DNA from: Chrysomallon squamiferum
Taxonomy: Eukaryota > Animalia > Mollusca
DNA length: 64,000 bases
Direction: 5' to 3'
NCBI GenBank assembly: GCA_012295275.1
Contig: CM022665.1
Span: 38,192,001-38,256,000 of the forward strand
The notes beneath the pieces were generated by a model. The model saw nothing but the letters and a program-made list of their open reading frames with translations, made no database searches and had not been told where the DNA came from. Positions 40,296-54,639 of this stretch are shown here, one piece after another. The translations under genes and the position numbers were made by a program. Each line of letters opens with the position of its first letter. Position 1 is the first letter of the stretch.

Positions 40296-41265
40296 ATAAC
40301 TGAGCTTTCATTGTCAGTAATGTTAAAAAAAAAAAAAAAAGATTCAATGCATAATAATCAATATTTTTTCTTTTACCTTACATTTTTAATTTTGTTATTA
40401 TTTTTTTTTTTTTCAGCTTATCTCTGTTACTCTAAAAATAAATAAATAAATATTACATATTTCTTTTATCAGACACAAACAAAATATGAACTGAAAAGAA
40501 AATTTTCAGAAATGTCTGAAAGATCATAGAAATATAACCATTTCCGAATCTTTGTGGACTTTTGGATAAACAGTAATGTGATTATGTCCAGTATAATGAT
40601 TAAAGCACATTAGTCATGCATTCTGCCTTGGCATGTTAAAAGTGTGTTGTTTGTGGTGGGTTTTTATATCACCAATCTAATACATTGTCTTTCTGTTTCC
40701 AGCAGCTGAAATACAGTTCTTATCAAAATCACTACAGGAAGCTCTATTTTGTGGACACAATTATAAAATTCATTAAGCATAATGCCCATGGTATATTTGC
40801 TTGTATCATTGATAATTAATTTGGAAATAAGTACTTATCTGTTAATCCATACATTTACAAGGTTTAATTATTACAAAGGATTTGATAATGGGCGTCTAAT
40901 AATTATTCTGGTCTTACCATCAATTTGGTAATCTTGATTAACACTATAATTGGTGAACAAAATGCCTTTTGAAAATTAAGGTATGAAATTAAAGAGTACA
41001 TTTTGATATCATACAGAATTAATGCCATTCGACCATGTCACAGTTATTAAGCCTTTAAGCTTGATTGAGTATGATCTTAGAAAAGAACTAGATTTATTAA
41101 TTTGTTGCATGTGACTGGATCATTCAGAGAGATCAGCTAAATTGAAATGGCATTAATCATATACAAGTTGTATTGGAGACCTAATAGCACATCCTTTTTT
41201 TTTCTTCTACCACAAATCTAATCTTTCTATCAATCAATACCCACAAATCACCTGTTTATTAAGAT

Positions 41266-41580
41266 GAGTGGGCTGTAGCTCTGTAGTAGTGATTTTGCTC
41301 AATATGCATCAGGTTGTTAGATCAATTCACCTTGACAGACTCATTGTGCAATTTCTTGCTCTGGCTTATGCTGCACAACTAGTGTAACCTTAGAATGTGA
41401 TATCCAGTCTGTGGGATGCTGATTATAAAAGATTCCTTGCTGCTGACTGTAAAGAGTTGTCCATGAAAAGGCAGCAGCACGTTTCCTTTTTTTTCATTAT
41501 TTGAGAGGTCATTAACCATTTGTCCGACAACATAAATATGTTGAGTGCATTGCTAAATAAAACATTTCCTTCTTCCTTTC
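41266..41580 (+). mobile_element. tRNA-derived SINE, full-length (~315 bp) reference copy
   Basis: Head GAGTGGGCTGTAGCTCTGTAGTAG (A-box-like) and TAGATCAATTC (B-box-like); core TATCCAGTCTGTGGGATGCTGATTATAAAAGATTCCTTGCTGCT; tail TTAACCATTTGTCCGAC...ATGTTGAGTGCATTGCTAAATAAAACATTTCCTTCTTCCTT. Confidence 0.9.
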
Positions 41581-41745
41581 ATTATGAGAATGACATCAGA
41601 AATTATGTACTTTTTCAGAGTGGATTTTTTTTTTTTTTTTATATTTATTATTTTTACAGGTTAAGAAGTTTTAACAAATATATAGCTGTAAAAACACCAG
41701 TCATTTCTCTGAGATTTTTTTCTCATTCATTAACAGACTAACCAT

Positions 41746-41795
41746 TGTCATAGCTCATTGGTTAAGTACTGACTCAGGCAAAACTGGTTCAGATT
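41746..41795 (+). mobile_element. Isolated tRNA-like head (SINE fragment)
   Basis: TAGCTCATTGGTTAAG (A box) and GGTTCAGATT (B box); no cloverleaf can be completed. Confidence 0.4.
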
Positions 41796-42326
41796 AAATG
41801 TATGTAATTTCAGACATTTTTATTTTTTATTTTTGCTAATATGACACAAAAGTTTAAAATGCAAATAAAAAATAATTTTAAAAGAAATATAAAGAAAGAG
41901 AAAAAAGATTATCAACTATGAATGCATTTCCTGGGGGAAAAACGTGAATGGGAAAACTAAAAAACACTTGAGAGAGGATCAGTGAGAAAAAAAAAATTGG
42001 TATATACTTAGAAATAACTAGTGAAAATAACATCAAATTTGTAACAATGGAGGATCACAGATAATAACTTGTGTTCCCATGGTTGATGGCTTTTGTATTC
42101 ATGAAGCACATTGATATCAGTGTTCATTTTTTTTCTATATAGTTTTTTATTCTGATAACAGCACCATTCATTTTTTTTCTTTCTTTTAACAACGGAACCA
42201 TTTTCTAAACAACAATTATTCATAACACTGAAGAATAAATTTGTAAGTCTGAAACCATTTTTACCCCATCTATTGTCTGTTGATGTACATATATATCATG
42301 TCTGTTTTTAATCTCCAGACAGAAAC

Positions 42327-42384
42327 ACACAGGTGTGAATTTTGCTTTATGAGCAACACAGGTGTGAATTTTCTTTTTATGAGG
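42327..42384. repeat. Two-copy 29-bp direct repeat carrying AGGTGTGAA
   Basis: ACACAGGTGTGAATTTTGCTTTATGAG vs ACACAGGTGTGAATTTTCTTTTTATGAG. Confidence 0.9.
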
Positions 42385-45009
42385 TAATAAAAATGAGCAG
42401 ACTGTGCCACTGGGGTAAAAATATTGCATATCTTGTAAAGTTCAAAACAGTTTTAGAGCAGATGCCTTGTGGCTCATACTAAAGGAAGAAATCTTGATCC
42501 TTGGTGTCAAATTGATAGATTTATAAAAGTAAACTAAATCCTATTACTGAGAATTACAGATGCAGTAAGCTTAACATGTTAGCAAGCCTGACAGGAAGCT
42601 TGACACTCATGGACATACATACATACATACATATATATGAAAGTAAAATGGACTAATCAGAAATACATTTCTCTCTTTTACTAAATTCATTATTACTGAT
42701 TATCTGGAAACAGAAGTCATGAGGATTATTTTTGGAGAAGAGTTATAGAGAGATTGTTTATATTTTTCAAAATTATTATTAGTAATAGTTTTCTCTTTTA
42801 CAGTAAAAACTGATTTCTGTTGAATTTCCCCCAAATAAAATAGTTATATATTCTTATTATTTTATTTTAAATCGTTTGTATAAAATAATTATTTGTTTAC
42901 ATTTAAAAACAGAAATTAACCATTTTGTAATTTTAATAAATATATTCTATATTTGATATTTCAGCATCAGTATTTATTAATTGTATTCTTTTTTTTTTTT
43001 TTCTTTAAAGCTATGAATATTAATTAAAGTAACAAATTTGAATAAAACACAATTAAAAATCAGGTCCTTTAACACACCAGCACTCATTATGTAACAAATG
43101 ATTATTAAATACAAGATTGTATGTCTTATCATTATGAGAAACCCACTCCTACTTTTAAAAATAAATTTAAGATAAACTGAACAAATTCTCTAATAAAAAA
43201 AACCTGTTAATAATTAGCTGTAATTTTATCACACACACACATTTACTTAATACATAAACATTTATCTACATCTAACCATATGTTACATATATGCAGTACT
43301 GCGTTACCGTTAAATATATATACTACTTTCCACACACCTTTCAGTGGTTGTTATAATTATGCATGACCTTACATTGCCACTTTACCACACACTCACTTAT
43401 TATCACCCAGGGAATAAACTCTCACTTCTATAATTACTGCATCAGTATTCCTTTTTTTATCTGCACATAACAAAGCAGTTTTCTCACCTCACACCCCCAG
43501 TACCATCAGCAGCTAGGACCCTTTAATGTTTGTTATTATGTGTGATGCTATTTACCAGTAGGGTGTTAATGTTTACTAATGCAGATGATGGCTTCTTGCA
43601 TTGGTGCTAAACTGCAGACTTATAATCATGTTTTAAGAACAGTGGCGATGAACTGACTTCACTTCTGACGGATAATTAGTGTAGTCTGTAGCTTTCTCAT
43701 CAGGATACCGGACCACAGGGGAAAAAACATGTTGTAGCTGAAAATACAGGACCAAAAGGGAGAATATATAAAACCACAGGGGAGAAAAAATTAAATAAAG
43801 ATTTTAAATGTGAAAGAAACTTATACATATAATTAATTATATGATAAAAAATATGGAAAATGGATTAATTTTAAGTAGCTTATTTTGGATTAGTATGTTT
43901 AAAAGATACCTTATGCAGTTTTTAAATAAATTAGACAGTCACAAATTCAGCAAAAAGTCCTTATTATAGGGTCATGCCTATTTTATGAGAGGAAAATACA
44001 AAATAAAATGTAATATTGTTTAAAAGAGTAAGTTAATTTATTGTCTAAATTAAAATGTATTATACTGACTAGTTAATAAAAGAAATTATTGATTAAAAAA
44101 ATAAAAATATTCCTAGAAATCAACAATATACTTTTTAAGTGTAGCTAACTGAACATCATTCAGTGCTGTGATAAAGCCAATAATTTTTTTTTTAATTTTC
44201 TTAATTATCAATGGATAGAATTACAGATACCACAATCAGTGATAATGTAGTTATGCAGAATATTTCAGTCCATTGCAATTTCTCATAATTGTTAGAAATA
44301 ATGCACATACAGCTGCGTTTAAATTCTCCTTGTCATTATTTTGGCTAATGACTTAATTCAAATATTTTGGGTTGGTTTTTTTTTGTTTTTTTGTGTGAAT
44401 AAGAATTCAAAATATGATAACAGTATAATTGCTGGGACATTATTTTCATAAAGTATTTGTTTTTGATGCAATAATTTTCTTAATTGTAGGACTCATGTTT
44501 GAAAAAGGAAAATAATACAAGGTCTTTCAGCAAGTATTGATCTCATGATGCACATCACCTCTATTTCACAGCACAGCATTTTGATGCTGTTTAGTCCATT
44601 CCACATGCACACATGCACACACACACACACACACTCACTCACTCACACATGCAGAGAGAAACACAGAAAATACATTTTGCTCCGTTTTATCAGAAATATG
44701 CCACACAGTACAAAAAATAGCATACCTTATTTATATACTGGTATGCAAAGTGTCAGTTACTTACAACTGAACTATTAATACAGTTGTCAGGAAGCCAGTG
44801 TAGCATATATATGTTATCTGTGTAACATATGTTTGGTAACTTCATAGAGATACAGCTATCTTGGATAAATATATTTCTCCACCTTCCGTTAGCTGTTAAT
44901 GTTATGGAGTGCAATAAACCAAAGGCATGCAAACCTTTCTGACAAACATGGCTGCATTAGTTTTGGTATTTTTGTGCTTTGTTTAAATAAGTGTAGGAAG
45001 TTTACCATT

Positions 45010-45115
45010 ATGAACCAGTCTTGGGTGGGAATTACTGGGTAAGTCAGAAGTTGTGTCCACAACAAGGCATACTAAAACCTTTCTTTCAAGGATGCACGTT
45101 AAAACCCAAACCTAC
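45010..45115 (+). mobile_element. 3' part of a second SINE-like family
   Basis: GGTAAGTCAGAAGTTGTGTCCACAACAAGGCATACTAAAACCTTT...GGATGCACGTTAAAACCC resembles mollusc SINE 3' regions as I recall them; it is single-copy here, so not self-confirmed. Confidence 0.35.
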
Positions 45116-45870
45116 ATTTATTGTTAATCTGCTAATGGCTATGTGTATGTAATGCTAGAATGAACACTTGTTTAATAAAACATATGCAATATATATTTTA
45201 TTAGGTGTGAAACCAATTATGTTACATACTAATATGAAGTGTAAATTTCAATATTTCAATCACATAATTATTAATATAACATATATGAGGAAATGGCTTG
45301 CTGCATCTGCATCATGCACTAGTCTTTTTGATCGGCAGCAAATAATTATTTTTTACCCCCCTCAGGTAATCACATATCACTGCATATACTACTTTCATTA
45401 ATTAGTATGATTTTCCTATAGATAAGAAAATACATACGTTGGCTTTTCAAACCTGTATTATGAAGCAGAAAAACTTAATGGATACATAAAGGAGAATATG
45501 TAACAGATATTTTGCCATACAATTATAGGATGCTCAAACAACAATAGACAAATATATATTGTGTTGATATAAACAACTGAATTGTAATACTAATGATGAT
45601 GATGATTATTATTATTATATAATGAAAGAAAATAAACTGATAAATAAATAATACTGGTGTGTGTAAACAGTGAAAGTGTAATTGTTTACCTTAGCATTTT
45701 TAAACAATACCTTTTTCTATCAAATATCTATAAAAATTATCAACTGAATATCTGAAAAATCTACTATGTGAATAAAGCACATTAGGTTTTTGAAAATTAC
45801 ATTAGGATGAGGATGCTTGAGAAATAAACAAATTTTAAATTTAAAAAAAAAAAAAAAAACCCAAAAAACC

Positions 45871-45872
<2 letters not shown>

Positions 45873-45916
<44 letters not shown>
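45873..45916. repeat. (GA)n microsatellite between poly-A tracts
   Basis: Read directly; it explains ORF 45817-46101. Confidence 0.95.
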
Positions 45917-45918
<2 letters not shown>

Positions 45919-45928
45919 CTTAAAGAAT

Positions 45929-45967
<39 letters not shown>

Positions 45968-46690
45968 TTCAAAGGAAACGATGTTTCCAATGTATGATTT
46001 GTGATTTGCTAGAGAGTGTCAAAGAATGTTGCCTTGGCTTCCGTTCAAACAGAGAACAAGGGTTACGTCTAAAAAGCGGCAAAACTTTCAAAACCCAGTG
46101 ATCGAGTTTGCCTGTTTATCTAGGCAAGTGTGGCATTGTTTTGCGAGGACCAACATGCAGCTCTAAGCTCTATGGATTTAGTCTTGTGTTGGCCTTGGAC
46201 ATGCACATGAAATTCCTAACAAAAAAGATGTAACACATTGCAACGAAGTTTTGACAGTTTGCTTCAAATCTTGCACAGCATTTCGGACCTGGTGGGAAAA
46301 TACAGAATCTACATCACATGTACTTCAGACTGGTTTCTCAATCCGGAAAAACAGAAAGGTGGTATTTTTGCTAAGTTCATGTACAGAACAAGTTTGGCAA
46401 ACTGATAATTTTGACCAGCAGAAGAGAAATATATAGCAAGTGCAGGTGCAGCAGAGAGAAAAGATCTATTGTTTTAATGAACCAAAAATTAAAATTAAAA
46501 TAAAATATAATATACTGAGAAGTAAGAAAGTAAAAATCTTAAGGGTTAGAAAATTGGATGTAATTCACGTTTTAGATTAATAATATTTTAATAACATAAT
46601 TTTGAAATAAGTTTAATTAATGCAATATTATTGTTTATGCTGAAACAAATGTGCCCCCCCCCAAAAAAAAAAATAATAATAAAAAAAAAA

Positions 46691-46725
<35 letters not shown>

Positions 46726-48636
46726 AAATAAAATAAAATAAAATAATAATATTCATAAAAATTAAAATTCTACATGCATTAATTTACAAGAACGGTAACA
46801 ATTAAACGTATCCCATTTATTAATTCATTACACATTAGTGTATTCACAACATATATAATTTATATGTACAATGGGACATGAAGTAAATATATAAAAGAAT
46901 GTACAGATTGATAAAAACAAAAGATGGAATTAATATGGCAATAACAAGATGTGTATGCAGTTGTAACAGTAGAAACTATATCTGTAAATTCGTTTTGCAA
47001 AGAAATAACCAAACACCTTAGGCCCAGCTATCTATAAATGTGTGAGATTACAGAACACAAAATGGACAGTATCTGCCATATCATTAGTACTCCACTTCCC
47101 TAGAAGGCAACAGCCAGTATCACACTACTTGTTGTGTAATATGTGGATGTCAGCTGAATAATACAGACCCTTGTAACACATTTAATGGGAGATTGTGCAA
47201 TGATTGGGGGCACTCTCCACCTTTTATCAGTTGTTGTCAATTACTAATTGTTCATTCTGTCAGCCTGTCAGCAGATCAATCAGACAGTGAACAGGTGTAA
47301 CACAGGTAGATGTATACCTGTACAAGTAGATACTGGACAGATTGCAATCTTTGTGAGTCTTATCTTCTATTGTAGACTTTGTGTGTTTTGTGCAATTTTA
47401 AAGGAAAAAGTTTAAAAAAAAAAGAAAAAAAAAAAAGGTACAGGCAACGCCCATACATAGAACAGTATGAATCTTATTACACTGACTGGTTTTTAGATAC
47501 ACAAACACAGTTAAAAAAACATTTAGGAAAATATAACATATGGATGACTAAATATGTTTAATAATGCCTAAAAATATTCATTTTAATTACTAAGTCTTAG
47601 TCATAAGTTACAGTGTAATATGAGAAGATATTTAACAGCACATTATAGATTACTTGTACCAGTCACCAGCTTTAACTACTTTCCCTTAGACAAAGGGCAA
47701 CGATTAGAGCAGGACATACCTCAATAATCATGTCAAGGAGTACTGAAGCAAGTACCTAGTGTACCTGATATGTTTTTTAACTTCCTATAAAGAAATATTA
47801 AAAATACAGTGTTGTGATATGATTCAGTTTATGCATACTGGTGTGGGCACAGTAGCTGGCTGTGTTACTCGTCACACCCATGAAAGACATGCTTCAACCA
47901 GCGAATTAGATACAGGTACATTAAACTTTATGGAACTCGGAACACGAGTCAATTACCTTTCCCATGATGGTCAATGTACTTTTGAGTAGCTGGATTACTT
48001 GATGGTCATTTGAAAACAGGTGGTTCGTGTCCAGTATGTTAATTCATATCATTCAGTGACCATCATATTTAAACACATTTATTGCTTGGAATGAAGGGGT
48101 AGGGTTAGAATTCCCACTGGTTTTATGATAGAATGTGGCTAATTGCCCTGTTTTTTCTTGGTTAATGTATCTGTCTGCTTTTCAGCCTAGCTCAGACGTG
48201 TCCAGAAATGGGGTTTTCGGTGAATTATGGGTAATAAGATACTGAAGTGTGGCCAGTGAGTGAAATGTAACACTTGGTGTTATTGTCTTGTGTACAGGAG
48301 AATAGTTTTATATTTATAATGGAAGTGACTAATCAGTTTTACTCTTCATTGTTCCTGCCAATAAAATGCTTTTAAATACTTCATATTGTGAAAATAATGT
48401 TTTTAAGTTGTGTCTTAATGGCATATTGAATAAAACAACATACATACTTTCTTTCTGTTTTATATATATATATATATATGCAAACATGAATGTATATTTT
48501 TGTGTGTATGTATAGATGGATATATATGTACATATGTATGTATGTATGAATATATGCATATATGATATGTTAATATATATTTATGTATTATGAACATTCT
48601 GTGTGTGTGTGTGTGTGTGTGATTTTCATATTTATA

Positions 48637-49584
48637 AGGCACTGTTTACTGACTAAACAAAATATCCATGCATTTTCAATCTCGTCAGTAACTATAACTT
48701 CATCTTTATAAGCTGTATTTTTTCAGGTGGATTGCTAGCTGAACGACTACATACAAAAGAAAAAAAGTGTGGATCAGGCAAGTTAATAAAAATAACAAAC
48801 AGAAGCTTACTTTAATATTACACGACCCCGTAATAATGTAAGTAGCTTCCTTTGACAAGTGGATTTCAGTAATACCCATTTAAAATATAGAAAGCTCTTT
48901 AGAAATAATCCCTTCAAAACCTGCTGTACCAACACATTACATTTATATCAATACATACACCCAAAAATGCTTGTTTATTAATTTATCAGACATGATGGTT
49001 TTAGGGATTACTTACCGTTCACATCAAAGTGTTTGACAACCTTAAATACATAAATCTGAAATCATATATTTAATTTATTATTGGGGTTGTTATCTCACAA
49101 ATAAATAACACGTCACAGACAAACCTTTGTAGTTATGTTCGTTTTCTTTTCTCTTTTTCCAACAATAAGTTTATTAAGACTTTATGAATGATGTGATTTT
49201 CGTACATGATAGGATTTCAAATCCTTCAGATCTCTCTTTCTTTTTTCTTCCGAGATGGACGCTTAATAGATATTCTGAGTTTCCAGATGATGGAAGACTT
49301 CAGTCTGACGGGAAACTGTTGGGTGTAGTTTATGTTTCTGGGTGGAACAATTATGTTTTGAAAACAACAAATAGATAAGTGATATAAAACTGTTAACTTG
49401 CACAATGGGGTATGGGCAAGAAAATGTAGTGGGTATTCTGAACAGTTGATTTTTGTCATAAACCACAATGGATGAAAGACTTGATGTCATGGGATGTACA
49501 TTGCCATTAAGGATGTTTGAAACTGTACAAGTACTTGAGGGCAAAAGGTTAAAATTTATCTTTGACTGTGATTTTGGAAGGTCT
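48637..49584. mobile_element. Probable younger interspersed repeat (non-autonomous DNA element), left boundary uncertain
   Basis: ~950-bp block of complex, CpG-retaining sequence between simple repeats, ending TTTGACTGTGATTTTGGAAGGTCT. Its right half resembles a gastropod repeat I recall; this was not verified by search. Confidence 0.4.
48727..48777 (+). CDS. Candidate 51-nt phase 1-1 exon with a GC donor, (G)GLLAERLHTKEKKCGS
   Basis: Acceptor GTATTTTTTCAG and donor CAG|GCAAGT; only one frame is open and it is frame-symmetric. It may lie inside the repeat at 48637-49584. Confidence 0.25.
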
Positions 49585-49900
49585 TTTTCCTTTTTTTTTT
49601 TTTTTTTTTAAAATTTTAGTGTATGTAATATTTAATTTAAATTAAAGAATATATATAAAATAATCAATAAATAAATAATATTTGAAAAAAATAATCTCTC
49701 TGTAAATGTTAGAAACCACAAAACTAAAAAAAGAATTAGAAATAATAAAGTAAATAAAAATAACAAAACAGTATAAAATGTAGTACATATTAGTATATAA
49801 CAGCATAATTTACCCTAATGTTAAAATATAAAATAGTCTACTCAAATACAAAACAGAAAATGTAAATACTTCAAAAAATAAATTAAACAGTTGAGAAAAG

Positions 49901-49936
<36 letters not shown>

Positions 49937-50544
49937 ATTTTCAAGTATTATAAAAACTCTTAATATACTTAAAACTGTAAAGTAAATTAATCTAGATGAA
50001 AAGAAAAATCTGAAGTTTTAAAATTCACAGAAGGTAAATACTGAACACACAAGTATATCTAACTGAAATAGCTTCATGGACTAAAAGTAGCATAGAAATC
50101 CTGGGAACCTGGAAACTCCCAGACTTAAATGTCAACAAGACAAATTCCCAATATTTACATTACATAAAAAAAGAAGTAAAAAAACAACATTTAAAGAACT
50201 TGTTTTCCTTGGTATGTTTTCACAAAAGATTTGACAGAGATAAATTGTACTAGTTCTTCCCACTGGTAAAGATTTAGTGAAGGAAAATATTTTTAGAATT
50301 TTACTTGTCTCGGAAATCTCTTCTTAAGATTTTAAAATTGTCGACTATGAAAAGGTTACCTTGACACTGACCTGGACATTTAAAAAAAGAAAAGAAAAGA
50401 AAATGGAAAAACAGTTTGCATTTTAAAATGTCTGAATGTAACTTGTATCCATTAGGGGTGAAACTAATTAATTAGTGCTTTGGGTCAATGTGAGTAACGT
50501 AATCAAAACTGTCTTTGCTTGTTTGGCTACTCTGCATTCTGATA

Positions 50545-50690
50545 GTATCCAGTGACAAATATATGAACTACCATGTTATATACTTTGCTGTCTATGAGAA
50601 GCTGTATATTAAATACTCTTTGCTGCTAAATTGATGTTGCTTACAGATGAATGGTACCATGTTTCTTTTCCAGTATCACAATTATCAGGT
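50545..50690 (+). mobile_element. SINE remnant
   Basis: CTGTCTATGAGAAGCTGTATATTAAATACTCTTTGCTGCTAAATTG. Confidence 0.55.
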
Positions 50691-53600
50691 AACTGACTTG
50701 CTTCCTTCATAGATTGCTCAAGCATGCCTGTTATGGACCAAATTTTTTATTCTAATATATAACTTCTAATACAGAAATGAAGATGCAATATATATTGTCT
50801 GCTAAACAAACAATTTCCACCTGACCCCGATTCAGCTTTAGATATGTTAATCTGTAAATAGGATAATCTTAATCTAGGCATTTCTTGCGTGGCTAAACAT
50901 TTGATACTAAGTTTTTGTAACATAATCTTTTCTAAAGCTTAAACCAATCAAAGCAGATTTATTGGTTAATCCAGCTATGGATGTGTTTAAAGTATTTAGA
51001 AATAATAACAGTAGAAGTGATTTTTAAAAGATTTTATTTCTAGATAAATATTGGTAAACCTATATACATTCATTGATATATTCCTTTGTTGTGACATCAA
51101 AGTAGAATTTTGTTTCTGTAATAAGGCTGCTTTTTGTTTTGACAAAGCTCAGTTTACAGATAGGTTTAGTGCTAATCAGTGAGGACTACTGAACTGAAAA
51201 ACTGGAAGAGTGGAGATTAAGAAATACTTGATCAGTCAGTTGAGAGATAATTTGCTGGATTACAACCAATTTGCTGGGATTTCTATTTAAATAATAATTA
51301 CTGATCAAGTGTCTTCATTATGGTGACATAAGTGATTTTAATAATACTTTCTGAAACATGACAATTCAATTTATTAAATCGTAGATCCATCTTGTTCTAG
51401 TGGCAAAAAGAGTTCCTGCACATAAAAAAAATCTAAGAAAAGTGTGTTTATGTAGAAACCGGTTCACCTCACCATTTAGCACTGGAATAAATATATTTGG
51501 ATTTAATTCAACAAAATAAAATGTCTTAGTTGTAATTGAAATCTGTGATAACATTTTAAACTGAAATTCCTGCTTAATCAGTTAAGGGATAGTCAGTTCA
51601 CAATTTAATCATAGGTGAATTATGACAACCTGTTCATTATCTTTATTACAACAACTTCAGTAATTTGAATAATTTCTTAAATATTGCAAGGACTGATGTA
51701 CAAATTGTTTTAGTGGACACCAGTGTCTACAAAACTATGGAGCAGTTTGTGTACAAAAGTACTTAGAATATTTCATTCGTTGCACATTTATATAATTATC
51801 AGTATTTGAACAGATCATTTACTTCAACAAGTACTGGTTAATTACTTCAGTTTGGCCAAAATTAGTTATCTGTATATCAGCAATGTATAAGAATTTAGGA
51901 TTACATCCTGACCATCAGTTTGAATTATTATTAATTTATTAATATTTAGATGATAATTTAAAAAAAAAAAAAAAATTAATTGAGAAAACAAAAAATGTAG
52001 AATTATATCAGTTATACCAACATAATAAATAAATAAATAAATTTAGATCTGTGGTAAAAAAAATATATAATAATAATAAAAATAAATAAATAATTTAAAG
52101 GTATGTATTTAAATTTCAAACATAAATAAAACACCGAATATTTTAACAATAACAAAAAATCACTTTGTCTGTACATTCCCATTTAACAAAAAGCTTTGCA
52201 GACCTAAATACAAGTTTCCAAAAAGAAACAATAAATTCTCTGAATGCATTAAGACTAACAGCACTTGTGACAACCCAGCAAGTCTCTCCACAGGCCACTG
52301 AAGAATTAGACAAGGGAGATTATCTTGTAATAACAATGAATGACCACAGGCCAGTGAACTGACCAAACAACCTGAAGTCAAAGCTGTAAAAGTGTGGCCA
52401 AAGTGCTGCTGGCACATCAGTGACCAACACAAACAAGGCCAGTCTGAACAAACACTACTTGTTGTGTTGTACAAACACTCCAAATATAAACTCTTAATAG
52501 AACATGGTGATAAAGACAAATGTCCAAAGGCTGTAAGAAATTAAGTAACACTTTCTCATACTTGATACATTTTTAATCCAGTTACAGAATGGAAAGACAG
52601 AAGGGAATCTGATGAAGTCAGAGGTTGTCCATGAATAGTTTTTGCAGGAAAGAATGCTAAATATGTATGTACACATTCATATATGAATATTCAAATAAAT
52701 ATGATATAGGTGTATGTATCTATGTGTATGCTGGTATATGAATGCATTTATGTTTCTATGTATGTATGTATTTTATGTATATAAGTATGTACATATATAT
52801 GTATGTTGGTAAAGTTTATTTGTATATGTATGTATTGTATACATATGTATCTATATATATATAACATAAATAAACTGGTATTATATAACCAGTCAAGCAA
52901 ATCAAACCTCAAACAAACACAACAACCAGTCACCGACACCAATCAACTTCAAACAAAAATATAAAAGAAAAACTTTAATATTTAGTTTTTCCAATATTCT
53001 TTATTAGCAGAACTGAAGTCATTTACTCTTTCATTCAACAAATCTAATAAAAACACATTCACGTAACAAATCGTTGTCAATGTAACAGGTCTGATACAAG
53101 ATCAACTAAAAGCATTTGAAATTTTTATTATGTTAATTTAATTATCCATTTTAATCCACTTGTGATGCACTGAAGTCTTTATTCTGCTGGATAATTCTAT
53201 TGATTTCTTTTGTTCTGTCCCCTGCAAGCAAGGATAATTAGAAATGTCCAGAGACGGCCTGAAGTGAGTCGAAAAGTGCGGAGTTAATATCATTTTCCAA
53301 CCGAGTAGTCTGTGTGGCAAAACTGGCAGCCCAAGTCAACCAGATGTAATGATCGACTTTCTTAGTCGGTTAAATCATTCATGATTAGACATCATCTTTA
53401 TTCATATTTCAGTTGGAATGAATTTTAGATTCAGAGTCTAAGTAGAACTTTAAAAAAACACAAAAAAAAACATAATAATAACAATGATATCAAATTTGTT
53501 TGATACATGCATGCATAGTAACTTACAAAAGTTTTCAGTTTTGTTATGCATTTATGCAATCAGAAATTAAACTTTTTTGTCATAAATAAGCAAATTATCT

Positions 53601-53761
53601 AATGCAAATGGTAAACGTAAGTTATATTTTTATTAGTATTGTGGTTCTACTGCTGTTTTGGAAAAAGATTTTAAAAATCACAGAAATAGCAAATTATTAT
53701 AAAATATTGCTGAATGGAGTTTGAATGAATGTGAAAGAAATAATCACTTGGATGACTGATA

Positions 53762-54088
53762 GAAAAGGAAAAACAGATATTAATTTCTTATTATTTTATT
53801 TGTGATTATGTGGTATCATATATAATTTTTATGTGAACATTTATATGGTTAACAAGAGAGGTCTGCCACTGCTTCAACTTGATGGGCTACGCTTTTTGGA
53901 TTAGCAGAAAGAAATCTTTTATATGCACCTTCCCATAAACTCTAAATTAAGTAAAAGCAAGTTCAATAAACCAATCATGGAACATTGGCTGCAACTGCAA
54001 AACACCTAACAGACATACTGAGGATTCATCTTACAAACTGTGACACATCAGCCATATGATCTAACCATCAGGCCATTGCTAATCCCTG
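53762..54088 (-). mobile_element. SINE, decayed near-full-length copy
   Basis: GATGGGCTACGCTTTTTGGATTAGCAGAAAGAAATCTTTTATATGCACCTTCCCATAAAC...ACCAATCATGGAACATTGGCTG...TCTAACCA. Confidence 0.8.
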
Positions 54089-54588
54089 CTAACAGAAAAG
54101 AAATTTCAGACATATTATTATTCTTCACGTAAGAAAAGTTATTTATCCATTACTACACACACATACATACACAAACTTCTGGCTTCATAATAAATTATAA
54201 GCATTATTAAACTAAGAAAAAAATGTGCCCTGGTTGGAAAGTTAAAACAGTCCAACAATTTAGCAGATAATTCATTTGAACTGTAATTTACCACACGTGA
54301 GGTAACTGAAATCTATAATCAGTTAACTCATAGAGATTAATGTTAACATTATGATTTTATAGTGTATAATATACTCATTGGATAATGGGCTTCTAGTTAT
54401 GGTATTGTTAAATATGGGAATTAAAATGGGCGTTTTCTAAAATATGTAAATCATAAAAAAAAATAATAATAATAATAATAATAATAATAGTAATAAAATG
54501 TATCCACTCTATTAATAACTTATTTTTTTTTTTTTTTCATTTTGTATCATTACTTTTCCTACGTGCACACATTATGTTTTTCTTTATA

Positions 54589-54625
<37 letters not shown>

Positions 54626-54639
54626 GTTTTTATTACCGA

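Noticed and set aside
37258-41795. tRNA genes at A/B-box-like motifs (37282 minus, 41266, 41746)
   Set aside because: No acceptor stem or anticodon arm can be folded; these are best read as SINE heads.
18249-48090. Partial matches to conserved miRNAs (miR-31-like GGCAAGATGCTG ~18251, miR-33-like GTGCATTGTAG ~21080, miR-71-like TGAAAGACATG 47881, miR-137-like TTATTGCTTG ~48079)
   Set aside because: Only 10-12 nt match, the 3' halves diverge and I see no precursor hairpin.
52160-52640. GC-raised stretch with overlapping ORFs (52165-52362 plus, 52160-52519 minus) as an exon or transposon ORF
   Set aside because: The starts are non-ATG, there is no good splice-site pair and no recognisable RT or transposase motif.
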